The notes under the pieces were generated by a model. The model was not told where the DNA came from. It saw only the letters and a list, made by a program, of their open reading frames with translations, and ran no database searches. The translations under genes were made by a program, and so were the position numbers. A stretch of 61,927 nt of DNA, counting the filler, from Sphacelaria rigidula (lineage: Eukaryota), in assembly GCA_964200075.2 (NCBI GenBank). It is 8 parts of 8 records of this genome, joined end to end, with 100 filler letters (N's around TTAATTAATTAA, not from the genome) between each part and the next. Parts side by side here need not be neighbours in the genome. Positions count along the whole stretch, not along the records: positions 31,017 to 38,669 come from CAXNAA020013915.1; positions 38,770 to 46,422 come from CAXNAA020013916.1; positions 46,523 to 54,175 come from CAXNAA020013917.1; 5 more parts are not named here. The stretch is one strand, 5' to 3'. Below, in pieces: positions 38,122 through 51,255 of this stretch. Numbering within the stretch: position 1 is the stretch's first letter; every line of letters begins with the position of its first letter.

Positions 38122-38578
38122 GTAAGTGAATACCATGTTCAGGTACAAATGACCCTAGCCCTAGCCTGCGTACTACGTATGTTGTTGTAGAACATGCAGT
38201 AATTGTATATTTCACGCAGGAGGGTTCGCAGGATCCAGGTCTGAAAGAGCGCCCAAATGAATGTGCTCCTTCATAAATATGCGCCTGCTGTCGACCTCGT
38301 GCGAACCACGCGTGATTTGCGTGCGCGTTTTTCGCTCTCGCGAAGTGCGAGCTCTGTTTGACGTTTTCAATTTTTATGTTTTTTCCCTCAGGCCCGGCGA
38401 CCTCCTCCCAGCTTTTCGATCATGGCCTGCTTTCTGCGTGCGGTTTCATCTCTTTTCGAAGTTGGGCTCGTTTGCTGGGGGGGCGAAAAAGAGAAAAAGA
38501 AACAACAGCTTTACAGGAAAGCACCACGGCAAAATCTCAGTGCTTGGACTCGAAACATTCTGAATTATCATTAAAAAC

Positions 38579-38580
<2 letters not shown>

Positions 38581-38613
<33 letters not shown>

Positions 38614-38669
38614 GTCGTCCCATTTATTCTGGGCGCCAGTCTACCCTTTTCGGGATATGTGAGCGCATC
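38581..38669 (-). mobile_element. SINE 3' end with long (CA)n tail, cut by the contig end
   Basis: (TG)n followed by TTGTCGTCCCATTTATTCTGG on the plus strand, matching the SINE family. Confidence 0.75.
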
Positions 38670-38769
38670 NNNNNNNNNNNNNNNNNNNNNNNNNNNNNNN
38701 NNNNNNNNNNNNNTTAATTAATTAANNNNNNNNNNNNNNNNNNNNNNNNNNNNNNNNNNNNNNNNNNNN

Positions 38770-39720
38770 TCTCCTTTTTTGAAAAGACTGACGACTACTC
38801 CTTCTCTCCACCTTTTGGGCGTGTACTCGTTCTCCCAGATCCAGTTCGCGCGGGGGGGGGTTGTCATGGTGTTGGATGCCATAGTCATGAGACCATTGAC
38901 CACGCATGCCTAAAAAGTCGGGGCGGAGAACGCTGGTTCTTCGCCGGACCAGGCTCTCAATCACGAAGCGCAAAGGGCCGTGATGTCTTCGGCGAGTGGT
39001 TTGAAGGGTGGGCTCGCGGTTTGCTTTCCATATTTCCCTCCTCAACACGTTCCGTTACTCCTCGTATAGTTCACATGCTGCCACTACATGAGTTCTACTC
39101 CCTTTTGCTTTGGGACAGGGACAATTCTGCGAATCTACTTCCTGCTCCACTCGATTACTGGCATCCTTCTTCCTTTTTTCTTGCAAGTCCAGTCTCCCAC
39201 CCGAAATCGTAGTTTCATTTTTTTCCCGGAGTTCATTGGGCCATGCATATATGTTTCCATCCCTATCCGCTCCCATACTTCTTCATATTCCAGCTTTGGT
39301 GCAATCACCTTCACCAGGAAACATCTCTTGATCCTAGTATCTAGGTGCGAATCTGGTAGGATCACGTCCATCCTGCCTACCTGTGCCTTACCCTCTTCTA
39401 TTACTTTATTGGTGTGTGCATCCCACAAACCGTTTCTTGATACATCTACGCCAAGGTATGTATACCGGTCCACAACATACAGTTCCTCTTCTCCCCACTT
39501 CCATTTCAACTCTACCGGGTTCTTACCTTCGTTACATACAAGTCCCGCGCATTTGTTTATGTTCGCTGACACTTTCCATAGTTGCTTCTGCAATCCTCCT
39601 GGTGTTTTTGATATCCCCACGAAATCATTCGAGTGTGCAAAGGAGATGCATATGCCTTCAGAGACCGGAGCAACGGTGCTAGACAAGAAAGCCAAGCTAG
39701 TGGAAGTTCCAACCGACGCA
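38770..39720 (-). mobile_element. Nested decayed LINE ORF2 fragments
   Basis: NDFVGISKTPGGLQKQ (post-YADD region), YTYLGV and MHGPM..KLRFRVGD..CPC at 39040-39720. A separate RT N-terminal piece WREGVVVSLFKKG lies at 38770-38845. Confidence 0.75.
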
Positions 39721-41614
39721 TAAAATCCTTGGTTGGTTGTTTCGCAACACTGTTGCACGTAACATGTGACATTTCGGAAGACGACTTTAACCCCATTCGA
39801 GTGTTCAAGTTCATTTTCAGGATCCGTTGTCATCAGGGAAAAGAAGTAGCAATAAACTGAAAAAAAGACGGAAAAAACGAAAGGACGGTCAGCTTTGCCT
39901 AGGACAGGCACCCTTTGCGCCCCCCTTGCCCGAGGGTTGTCGGTATCTATTTCGTTAGGGTTAGGGTTGAGGCCTTTTCAATGTATCTACCATGGTTGTG
40001 AGGGCAAAGAATGGGGCCACCTCAACGGTAGTGTCGCTTTTCACTGGCCCTGATGGCGTGGCGTCGAATATACACACGGAAGACGCTTAGTTTCTCTTTG
40101 ATGTGCTTCTTGTGGTGAATGTTTAAAAGAAAAAAATATAGGGAAGAAAATTGAAAAAAAAAATGCAAGCTTTTTTTGTTTCGCGCAACAGTTTCTTGGC
40201 TCGGTGAGAGAGCTGGTAATGATGTGGGCGGATGATGTCGCTGACTGAGTTTGGTCGCGTTTTATTCGTACTTTTGGTGTTTGAATTGCTTTGTTTTCGT
40301 TTGTGTATGTATGGAACGAGTGTTTTCAAAGATTTGTCTTACGGGGAACGCATGCGAATGAATCCGCACCGCAGGTGGTTCAACACGACGGACACTTGGA
40401 CTACGTGGTGAACGGGCGGCTTCTTCATCCCGTGGGTTCGGATGATGAGGACGGGCTGTTCGGGAAATTCGAGGATCATGGATCGGTCAAAGCACTGGAT
40501 GATGATTTCATGGCGTTTTACGAGACGCTTGATGTTTTGAACGAGGGCGCGGATCAAGCCCTGGAGTCTTTCTGTGACGTTTGTGACAGTTCGCAGTTTT
40601 GATCGTGCACGTTGCCCCCCTAATTGTGAGGGACGGCCCGGTAGTTTAGCTGGGTTTTTTCGTCCCTGAGGTTCTGTTGGAAAGTTTTTGAGACATGTCG
40701 TGCCTGTGATGGATCGCACAAGGTGTGTCAATCGAATGAAGAGGTGGTCGTTGTATTTGTCATGGAGACTGCGTGGTTTCGTGGAGCATTTGTGGCTTGC
40801 CTGTTTGTAAGTTTTGCATCATGCGGGAGTGCGCGTGCAATTGCCAGATTACCCAGTATTGTGAGTTTTATTACAGAAGCGGTTCCTCCGTGTTTTTGTT
40901 CGTTACTGTGTCCCGCTCTGGTGACATACTGCACAAAGGAGTTTCGACGCATGGATTATGCTTGTTTGCTCCCCCTTGTTCATGTTTGCCGTAATGTCCC
41001 GCCCTGGTGGCATGATTTGTAAGGTATCGCGATGGCGGTATTGTTTTGTCACCAGTAGCCTCGAGGCACATGGGGTCGAGAAGCTTGGAGGAAGATATCA
41101 AGCGGAATGAATATTGTTGTACACTTGAGCATAGGAAATGGACTCCACACACCCCGCATGTGCATGATGGAGGACGGTGTTGTAGTTGGTTTGTGGGCAC
41201 AACCCTGCCGCCTCCCCGTGCTCCTGCCGTATATTTGAATGGATCGGTATGCTCGAGAGAATCTGCGCGGCGTTGCTAGCCCCCTTGAAAGATGTGCGGG
41301 AAACGATACAGTAGATACGTTCTGTGTAGTATCATGGAGTGACCCACTCCACGGTCCTCTGCTGTACCTGATTTGGTGGGACTTTTTGAGTAACACAAGT
41401 CTTGTACGCGAGGGCTTACTTTTTCGAGCAGGTACGCATAAAGAAGTGTTTTTGTTGTGATACAAATATTAGCGGAGGGAGCTAGATATTGTTGTGATTT
41501 TGTTTTGCTGCTACTTGTTGATATCAGGGCTTGTCACTGGGGGAAAACCACACGGGAAGGGACCGATTCTGTCTGAACGGGAATATTCCCGATATTCTTA
41601 CGGGATTTCCCGTC

Positions 41615-41952
41615 AATGTGTGTGTGTTGTGTTGTCATCCCATTTATTATGGACGCCAGTCTACACCTTTTGGTATATGTGGGTGCAGCAGCCGGGGTCA
41701 CACAGGAGGAAGGCCAACACAGGAGCTCTTGTGAAATTTTATTTTGTTTTAGTGCACCCTATTTCTCCAGTGCTTGCCTTATTTTTTATCGCGAGAGGGG
41801 TCCAGCGCCCCCTTTCCCTCGTCGACCGTGAAAAAGTAGTTTTTTTTTTTTGTGTACCCACGACATGGTCACTCTCCACCGTTGAGCATGGTGTGAGAAA
41901 AGATCGCAGATTGTGAAGATCCACCCGTCAGGAGGTTTGAGGTCACCAATAG
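41615..41952 (-). mobile_element. tRNA-derived SINE copy
   Basis: Colinear with 59670-60031. Confidence 0.75.
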
Positions 41953-42334
41953 CGTCAATCAAATAGGATTTGCCGTCCAAAAAACAGAAACTTGAATATT
42001 TTTTTACTTATATGGGGTGTAGCAATGTTTTCTTTTCAATCCCTGCACGCCCATTATCCACGGGACGGAAAGGGTACGTTTTCCCGTCAATCATGGGCAT
42101 TTTGATCCAACTGCTGTTGTACCCCGACAGTCGTGATTGTTTCTTCGAGAATGACTGCTTTTACGGTCCTATCGTGCTTGTCTCGGAGGGATTCCACACG
42201 TCACCTCGTTACAAGACGGGACGGTATCTTTCTGCCTGTCGTGTTTTTGGCCGCAGAAACCGTTCCTATCCTGTCGCTTTTTGTCGGACGGGAAAACGGT
42301 CCCGTCCCGTGGCCTTCGGGGCGACGGGAACTAA

Positions 42335-42738
42335 CACGGGGTCTTACAAATTGGGGAGGAGAAATCCGGAGGATTAAAATCTTCGTATCCACACCAAATC
42401 TTCGAAATACGGTTCCATTTCTTCACCTACTGATAGCTCTTGACAACTGCTACACGCGATAGATATTTGGATTCCGATCAACGAAATGTTGGGGTCCCGA
42501 GTGAAGAACATTTTTTTGCGAAATTCCGGGTGTCCGAACGGACGCCAAAACTATCCGAAATTGTTTCTTCACTCATGACCCCAATATTTCGGTGACCGAA
42601 ATCCAAACCTCTGAGGCGTGTAGCAGTTGTCAAGAGCTATCACTAGGTGAAAAAATGGAACCGTATTTCGACGATTTGGTGTGGATACGAAGATTTTAAT
42701 CCTCCGGTTTTCTCATCCCCAATTTGTAAGATCCCGTG
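42335..42738. mobile_element. 404-bp foldback/MITE with ~170-bp inverted arms
   Basis: CACGGGGTCTTACAAATTGGGG...CCCCAATTTGTAAGATCCCGTG; the arms pair over most of their length. Confidence 0.85.
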
Positions 42739-45700
42739 ATAACTGCTGTTCCGATGTCCTGTGGCAAGCCCTGGTTTCTTTGGCTTTTGAACGCTGTACT
42801 CTGCTCGGAAGTTCCGATCCGCTCTCTCGTTATGTTCCGTTCCTCGCTCCAACCATTATTTTACCTGTCTTAGTCCATGTCATATGTTGAGAAATACTCC
42901 GAGATGTGGCGTCCACCCGTCTTTCCGGTCGTACCAGAATCGGAATGAAACTAATATTAATACTAGTACGAGCTACACTGTCGGGCATCATCAGTCCGCA
43001 CTCGCCACATGGACAGGTGAAAAATGAATTACGCCTCGACTGAAGGGGTGGTATAGTAATGATGCGAACAGCAGTGACACGGTGAAAAATATCGTGAATA
43101 TTTCTCTGCTTCTACGCGGAACGGTTTGTAATGGTTGCACGAAGACTGCGTTTGACTCGACCCGGGGGAGGGGCGTCGGAAGAGTGCCTGGGGGACTCCT
43201 CGAACATATATTTTTTGTCCAAAAACCAGAGTAAACGGCGTGTGCCACCTTGAAACGACTTGCTCAAGTGTGTAGCAGAACTTTGGCACACTTTCGCATG
43301 GTCTGATGCACGCAATGCCGGTCTGGAGGGTCAACCAGCTTCCATCCACCTCGTACGTGACTCCAGATCGATTTAGACAAATCGACCGAACAAGCGTCTT
43401 CAACCAGCATAAATACAGTACAGTAATCAATAAAAAAAGCAGGCGTAAGAAGAGACTCGAAAAACACCTAAGTCTGGCACATGATTTTGCCTGGGGATGG
43501 CGCGGGCAAAAACGTGAAGCATGAGAGTCGATAAACAATACTTCAGTATCCTCGCAGTATCCCTTCTGTTTCGCGTCAAAACGTGTACAGTACAGTATCA
43601 TCCCATTTGGTTTCTATTTATAGAGACACACACATATGACTGCACCGCACCCGCTCTGGGTATCACACACGCCACCACAATCTACTCTCTGTATCTTCAT
43701 AAAGCGAATTCCACCTGGGGCCGAACCTCTCAAGAGCATGCCGGCGGGTGCACTGCGCCTGATCAACGGGGGGCTTTAGTGGGTCCGGCCCTTACACTGC
43801 CTTGAGGCAAAGCTTGCGAACGCTCGAGGCGCCCACCCCACATAACTGCCACGAGGCAGTTTGACCGAGCCTCCGGGTGATTGGCACACGAACCCGATTG
43901 AGTGGTGAGTGTTGGGTCAGGTTTCCTCCTTCCTTCGAGGGAAAAAACAAAAACAACTAATTCCACCGTACCTCCCCCGCATGGGACGTTGGCATATCAA
44001 AACCCCGCCTCAGCATGGCGGCGTCGACGAACGCACTGCCACAGTTCACCACCAGTCCCCATGCAATTTCAAAGGAGGAGGGACTACCGCATTTCTCATT
44101 CCCAAGTCCATGGCTGTCCCGTTTTTGAAGTAACACTGAAACCCTGGTATAGACTGCTGTTTCCGGGAGTCGTCAACACACACTCAGATGTGGGGAACAA
44201 CGGGGCCACGGAGAGAGAAAAAAAACGATCGATCGAATCCAAGGATCTCCATGGAACACAATACTGCATCCGTCATTCACCGGTCTGTAGAGACCATGTT
44301 CCCTCAGCAGACGTGGTAATGGCTTCGAACACTCTATCGCACGCCAAACACGCCCATATCCACCACGTTTCACGTCTCCTCCATCCCCCCCCCTCCAACC
44401 ATATGTTGCAGCCCGAAGAAAAAGAGAAACTTACACCATCATGACTACACCAAAGCACGTGGGAGGACTCCATAAACCTGGAAGTCGACAAACGAGAGCG
44501 AAAAAACAGCCACCACACAAACCCCTTCTACAGGTGAAGCGGTAGGTGCGAATATGACCCCCTCCCCCTCCCCGTCCCCTCCCTCGCCCGCAGCTTTCGA
44601 CGCGGCATCTCATCCACCATCAGCCACAGCTGGTGCCAGTGCTACGATGGTAAACCTAGACATGGATGCAATGGCATTGATATTCGATTCCGGGTCGGGG
44701 TGTGAACGGGTGCAAACGGGCGACGGAGAAGCTGCGTCAAGACGTGAAAAAAGAAAGTACAAGAGTGAATCGCGGCGGTACTAAACGCAGATTTCAAAAA
44801 CCACTCGCCCGCTTACTCTTTATCGTATCACTCATAGTCTTATATGTTGTCCTCCTTCATATACTTTTCTGTTCCTTTTTTCTTCAGCGAGTGTGTCAGT
44901 TTCGTATTTCTTGGGTACGTCCATCATGTGACCACAGCTGGATCCCTGGGGGGTCAGTTAAAGTGCGACAATCAATAGATCAATCAACAGGACGAGCTCC
45001 ATCACTTCTTGACATTGAATCATTTTGAGAAATGCACACGGTTTCCTTCCGCCGCAGGCACGGATTACCCCGAGACAGGAGCCGCGGCGAAAGGGTTAAC
45101 AAAGCAGGGGACGAGATTGATGTTGCCCCAAAATGGACACTGCACTGCACCACAGTGTGTTTTTTCTCCCTTGATGTTTTCATACATGAGAAACAAAAAT
45201 GCACTACCCCACGTCATTCATCCGTGCACCATAAACTACAAAATACCGACTAAATTTCATTCTGCACCAAAGTAGATGGAATACACTGCCTTCATCACTG
45301 TGCACGTGGTACGGAACAAGATGTACCGCACAGCACAGATCATATGTACTGCCATTGCTCGTTGATAATGCACAAAATGCCTCATTCTCTCCCCTCTTCC
45401 ATACGTTCACGATAGTGGAGTACTGCTGGCGGCTCCGTGCAGGAACGGCGGAAGAACCAACAAAACTCAGTGTTGAAAAAACTAACCGCCAGCTTTTGAG
45501 GATTCGAACATGCTGGTATGTAAACCCTTACACAGGGACAGGTCCGGCTGGGTTCCCTGAAAAAAGCAAACGCCAGACACGCCGACATCCCAATGTGACC
45601 ATTAAAAAAATGGCTCCTGAATCGGTTGCTAGATGGTGAGGGGTAGGGATCCGCATTTTCCGTCTAAATAGTACTGAACCCAACCTGGAGTGCACCACGC

Positions 45701-46327
45701 AACAGTCCTTGCACTGGAAACAAGTGAACTTTGCACCATCTCATGTTGTCAAAGAGAGGGATCGGTGTCTGGATATGAAGTTGCGATATAGATGTGCGGT
45801 ATGCTGCGCCACGTTAGTCACCCTCGAGTTCTCAGAGTATTTGCAGTACCGACCATCCCGGGTACTTACAGTATACCCAAACAAAAAAAACGAGTGTTGC
45901 AGAGTACCCGAAACGCCGGGCCGCAAGCAACTATGTCCAACCGTACCCCACGCACGTTTGGAAAGTTTGAAGGACGCCAGCACCCACAACGTCATTATGG
46001 CCAGTGCCTCTCTCAACCAAGAGGTGAGGTGAGCAAACGCGCTCGCCGTGTGTGTACAAGGATTCCCTCTTGTCTTGATTACTGTCTATGGCGTGCTTCT
46101 CTCTGATGAAGACATGCCTTATAAGCCCCCTTTCATGTTCTCGGTAAATGAAGGGATACAGAATAAGCGCACTGCTACCTCAATTCTCCAGGATCCCGGT
46201 CCATGAACTGCTTCACCACAGCACAAGCGTCCTGCAAAAGGGTAGCGGGTGATGTGGGTCCATGCGGTACTGGCCCTTCCTTGCGGCCATCCAATTCGTA
46301 CAGGATACCATCAACTTCGCTGCGCGC

Positions 46328-46366
46328 GCGGGGGGGGGAGGGGGGGGGGGGGGGGGGGAGGGGGGG

Positions 46367-46401
<35 letters not shown>

Positions 46402-46402
46402 C
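46328..46402. repeat. Poly(G) tract near contig end
   Basis: About 70 nt, almost pure G. Confidence 0.95.
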
Positions 46403-47463
46403 TCTCGTCGTTTTGTTTGTTTNNNNNNNNNNNNNNNNNNNNNNNNNNNNNNNNNNNNNNNNNNNNTTAATTAATTAANNNNNNNNNNNNNNNNNNNNNN
46501 NNNNNNNNNNNNNNNNNNNNNNAACCAGCCATACTGAGATTGGATTATACCGATACACGAGCATCGCAATGACCCACTGTGACGGTAATGTACCAGTCGC
46601 TGTCTGCTTGTCTGCTTGTCTGCTTGCAGCTTCGTTTCGCTGCTGCTATTCTATCCATCCCGGCGTACACTTCAGGTGTGACTCGAGTCTGCGAGCCAAT
46701 CACGAGCACTTTTCACTACATAATTTCACTACGAAGGTTGCATTTCATTGGCCCTAGATCCCGCCGATTCCTCACTGAAGGGCCTCTGATTGGGTGATTT
46801 TCACACTTCACTACAAAAATCTATCCTCATGTATGGACGTTGTGCCAATTTCGTGGCACTTTTCCTCACTTTTCCCTCACAATCGTGTGTCGGTGGCGGG
46901 TGTTTTTATTCTTTTTTTTCTAGTCAAGATAATGCCAGTTCACAGAAGGGTCCCGAAAGGGCTAACGCCCAAGTCGACAAATACGCATTTAGGTGAAGAG
47001 CAAGCCATGGCGTATCTTGTATCTTGTATTTTGTATTTTGTATTTTGTGGTCGCGGGCTTTACTCTTTGTTGTTTTTGTTTCCGGATGTCGTGCAATGGA
47101 ATGACAAATCTTGCCGTGTATCGAGGCGACCCAAAGTTTTGGGTGTACATTTATGGTTGCTTTTTTTTACAAACGAACAATAACGCTAACCCTAACCCTA
47201 ACCCTAACCCTATCGCCGGTTCAAGGCATACGAGACCCTCGGACGGGGGGGGTGCATAGGTTCTCCTACTCGTAGGCGAAGTGTGCGTTGGCAGACCTCG
47301 AATCGATGCCATAGGCGCCGATTTCGACAAAAACACTCTCTGGACGAGCTGGATCCACTGCTCATCTGCACCAAACCATATTTTTTCTCAGAACTTTCTC
47401 GAATCTAAAATCAAGTACAGTCATGCTGTCAAATAGGTCTACTGGCATACGCATCATGTTTAA

Positions 47464-48256
47464 CCCTCAGACCGCGAGGTGAGTCTTCTGTTGAATCGGC
47501 ATCGATTTCAAGTGAAACAAAGTATGCATGTTCCAGAAAGACTAATCTCGCGGTCTAAGGGTTGACGGTTAACCCTTGGACAGCGAGAGCAGGTCATCTG
47601 TCGAATTGGCATCATATTCACTTGCAAATAGAATGCATGATCCAGGTGAACTACCGTCGCGGTCGAAGGGTCAACCCTTAGACCGGCAGGGTAGTCCATC
47701 GGGATCATGCAAATACTCTCTTTAAGTAATATTGATGCCATATCAACACATGACCTACTCTTGCCGTCGAAGGGTTAACCGTTTGACCGCCGGAGTAGAT
47801 CACTTGCTGAATCGGCATCAATATTCACTTGAAAAAATCATGCATAATCCGGATGGACTACCCGCACCGCGGTCGAAGGGTTAACCCTTGGACCGCGAGG
47901 GTAGGTCACATGCTGAACCGGCATCAACTTTCACTTGAAAAAAGGATGCATGATCCAGAATGGACTGCCCCGCACCGCTGTCTAACGGTTAATCCTTGGA
48001 CCGCGAGATTAGTCTTTCTGGATCATGCATACTTTTTTCACTCGAAATTGATGCCGATTCAACAGAAGACCAACCTCGCGGTCCAAGGGTTAACCCTTTT
48101 GGGACCGGAGTGAACTGACGGGGGTTGAGGGCCTGCGGTGAATCGGCGTCATTTTCACTTGAAGACAAGTGAGAGATGATGTCGAATCAGAAATGGCCCC
48201 TGCGTGCAAGCCAGGTCCTCACCCTTGCTTAGTGGGAGGGGTCGGTCCCTAAAGGG
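47464..48256. mobile_element. Array of seven piggyBac-like MITEs joined by TTAA
   Basis: Units at 47464-47561, 47573-47670, 47675-47774, 47779-47880, 47885-47988, 47993-48089 and a longer variant at 48094-48256. Consensus ends are CCCTT..GACCGCG / CGCGGTC..AAGGG, flanked by TTAA or TCAA. Confidence 0.85.
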
Positions 48257-49075
48257 TCAAAACGCTCTTCATCACGCAATTGGCAATAGACAACTGGGGT
48301 TTGGTGTTCGGCAGTTTCACATCAGGCATCCCGCCGCATATAAGTCGCAACTCCTTTTTCTTTCTTTATTTTCCTCATCCGACGACTAGACGGGGAAAAA
48401 AAAGCGGAAGACCTCAAGTAGTCAGCTCATGACTGGCTGGCCCAAGGCAAACCCGTTCTTCATGTGCTGTGTTACTACGATACTATACCACAGAACGCCA
48501 GACCTATGCTGTTACAGTACAAGTCCACCGAAACGCGAAAGACGAGGCATGAAGATGTGCATCGCGCACCGTTGCTTCACGCGTCACTGACGCAAACAAT
48601 TTCCGTGGACGCCTTCGAAGCGCCCTTCGTCTCAAATGGTACCCCATATTCCTCTGCAAGTGTAAAGTGCAGACCTCAAGGGGACATCATTTTCAGTCAT
48701 TTTCGAGTCCAAATAATGCTGATTCACGAAAACAAGAATCGCCAGTGGGTTCCAAAAGGGTTGGGCACCGTTGTTATAAACTCAACGTACTAAAATTGGT
48801 AAAAAAGTAACCGGTAAGGGCAAAATACAAATAATTTGGACTAGATTTCTCTGGCGCTCTCGCCGCCAGTTCCAGTTTGACTCCAGCTCCAGTGTAATGA
48901 ACAGTATTAAGTGGTCCGGTTCACAGCCCTCCAGTACAGTCAGTACAAGTATAGGAAATCCCCTCCCCAACACACTCTTGGAGGCTTGTTCGTTTGAAGA
49001 GTACCAAGAGTACTGGACGGGACAGGAGGTTCCATGGTGAGAAGTGTCCGGTGGCCATTTTCCCTCGTTATCCTT

Positions 49076-49377
49076 GAAGTCGAATTTTGAATTTTGTGTA
49101 CCCACGACATCATTGATGGATTGATTTACTGTCGCACTCTACGAAATTCGACTTTACGGTCGACGAGGAAAAAGGACAGCTGAACCCCTTTCGCGATAAA
49201 CAATGAAGGCAAGCGCCGCAGAAGGAAGGTGGGGCACTAAAAACAAATGAAAAAAGAAAAGCTCCTGTGTTGACCCTCCTCCTGTGTGACCCCGGCTGGT
49301 GCGCCCACATATACCGAAAGGTGTAGACCGGCGTCTACAGAAAGATGGGGCGACAACACACCACACACAACACACAC
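49076..49377 (+). mobile_element. Rearranged/truncated SINE copy
   Basis: 49140-49377 matches the SINE body and (CA)n tail; a short inverted SINE piece lies at 49076-49110. Confidence 0.7.
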
Positions 49378-50276
49378 TCTACAGTAGTAGCTGATCTCTC
49401 CAGTTGGTCATGATCCAACCGTAGTCATTATCCAAGTGGTATTATAGACGTACCCGAGACAAATAAATAAGCTGGAACACCCTCTGAAGAAAACGAAGAA
49501 AACGACAGAAAAGGTACAACAGGCCAGCAGAGTAAATAAAAGAAAGAAGCACGAAGGAGAACCAAACAACAAGAAGCACCTTTACTCGTCGCCGCGTTCC
49601 TCCCCTTCCCCCCCCTCCCCCGCCCAAAAAAAAGGCGGCGGCGCTATTTTCCCATGCCGCGGAGTTTTATTTTTGGCTGCGGCGCTTTGTTGAAACAATT
49701 ATTTTATAATTTTCACGGCTACAAGCATTCGCCAAGACGTTTTTCGGCTGTTCGTTTTCGTTATGAAGGGCAGCATCGACCAGAATCGACCAGCGGCGCA
49801 ATGACTCTTGCTCCAGTACACACCTGTTACACCAGTAGAGTTTACGAGTTGGTAGCCATAAGACTTTCCGACTTGGTTTTGGTGTGGATACCGAAGTCCG
49901 GATCCTTGAATGGGGGCTGTGCTCCCAGTGTGCGCAGAACGCGTTTCCGTCTGAATCGGGGTGTGCGGCACCGGTTTGAGATCTCGCAAAGCACGCTTCG
50001 CCCAGGGGAACACTCTGCACCCCCCTTGCCCGAGGGTTCTCGGTAATACCATGCTGTGCCTTCGTTGGAGTCAGAGAGAGAGAGTTAGGGTTATAGAGTT
50101 AGAGTTGTTCGAAATCATGAACTCCCGAGAAATATTCATACCTACCGAGTGGTCAACTAACCTCTGCTACATAGCCCACACCTCAGGCAAAAGCTGAGAT
50201 AAACTCCTGGTTTCACCGTCTCGGCATAGAAAAATGAAAATCTCGAGCCGTGACTGCTGATGAACTGAGTAGAACG

Positions 50277-50382
50277 TCAACCCTTAGACCGCGAGGGTAG
50301 TCAACCTGGATCATGGGTACTTTTTTCAAGTGTAATTCATGCCGATTCAAGAGATGACCTCCTCTCGCTGTCCAAGGGTTAG
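50277..50382. mobile_element. Solo piggyBac-like MITE
   Basis: TCAA|CCCTTAGACCGCGAGGG...CTCGCTGTCCAAGGG|TTAG. Confidence 0.75.
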
Positions 50383-51255
50383 CGTGATCAGCTCGAGGAA
50401 AGTCGCTTCAAAAGTGAAGGAGAAACGATGGCTGATGTCAGACAGGCGCCGTATAACACACTCACAGGCGGTCAACGACTCCATCTTGAGCAAGTTGTGT
50501 TGCACAAACACGACCGGCCCTCTCCCGAGACCAAATGGATTGTGTGAAACAAAGAGCACTGTGCATGACGGAGCAAGAGTTAGCTAGCACCAGGCGTGCT
50601 GCACAGGTGCGGTGGATGTTTATGCGTCTTTGCTCCTGCTATGCTGTGACGGTGTAACGTGGCTCTGTAATGTGTTTCATCACGCCTGTTGAGATTTCAA
50701 GACCTGTGTCCGACTGCCTTCACTGCCGAAACAATCACCGTCCTTCCCAGGAAGCCAGTTTTAGATTGGGGAATCTTCGTCAGGACCCAAGGTGGTTTTT
50801 GGGTGCCAGCAGATCGTATGGCTTTGTTCGTCTTCGTACATTTGTTTTTTGTCTTGATGAGGCACGGCGTAATAGGAAAAGAAAAAGAAAAAACAAGAGT
50901 AAAACCAAATGGAAATGGCCGGCCTGGGCCACATGGCTTCGGCGGAAGAAGGTCTTGCGCAGAAGCCACACTCGAGCCGTGTCAAATCAAGAACATTCGG
51001 TGACGAAAACGTGCGATGGAGTCGAATTCGTTCGTACTTGGGACGTCCATGGCAGTTTTGTTCTCAATCTTGGACTGATTGGTTCATTGTAGCACTTTAA
51101 CTGACCCCCCAGGGATCCAGCCGTGGTCACATGATAGACCTAGACCTACAGGCACCCAACAAAAACATAACTGAATCACCCCAACCATATGAGAATATGA
51201 TGACGTGAGGGCATCAGATACAAGCGAATTCGATTCTACCGTACGTTTTCCACTT

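Noticed and set aside
40291-41465. Short acidic ORFs, possibly viral or gene remnants
   Set aside because: No motif support.
44412-44705. Two possible small plus-strand exons in compatible phase
   Set aside because: The implied intron is only about 53 nt and the peptide resembles nothing I recognise.
46203-46478. Gly-rich ORFs (and the Tyr-rich ORF at 54228-54503)
   Set aside because: Translations of poly(G) and (AAT)n tracts at contig ends.
47460-48260. CRISPR-like array
   Set aside because: The 'spacers' are homologous to each other, units invert, and solo copies with TIRs and TTAA exist. No cas genes; eukaryotic context.
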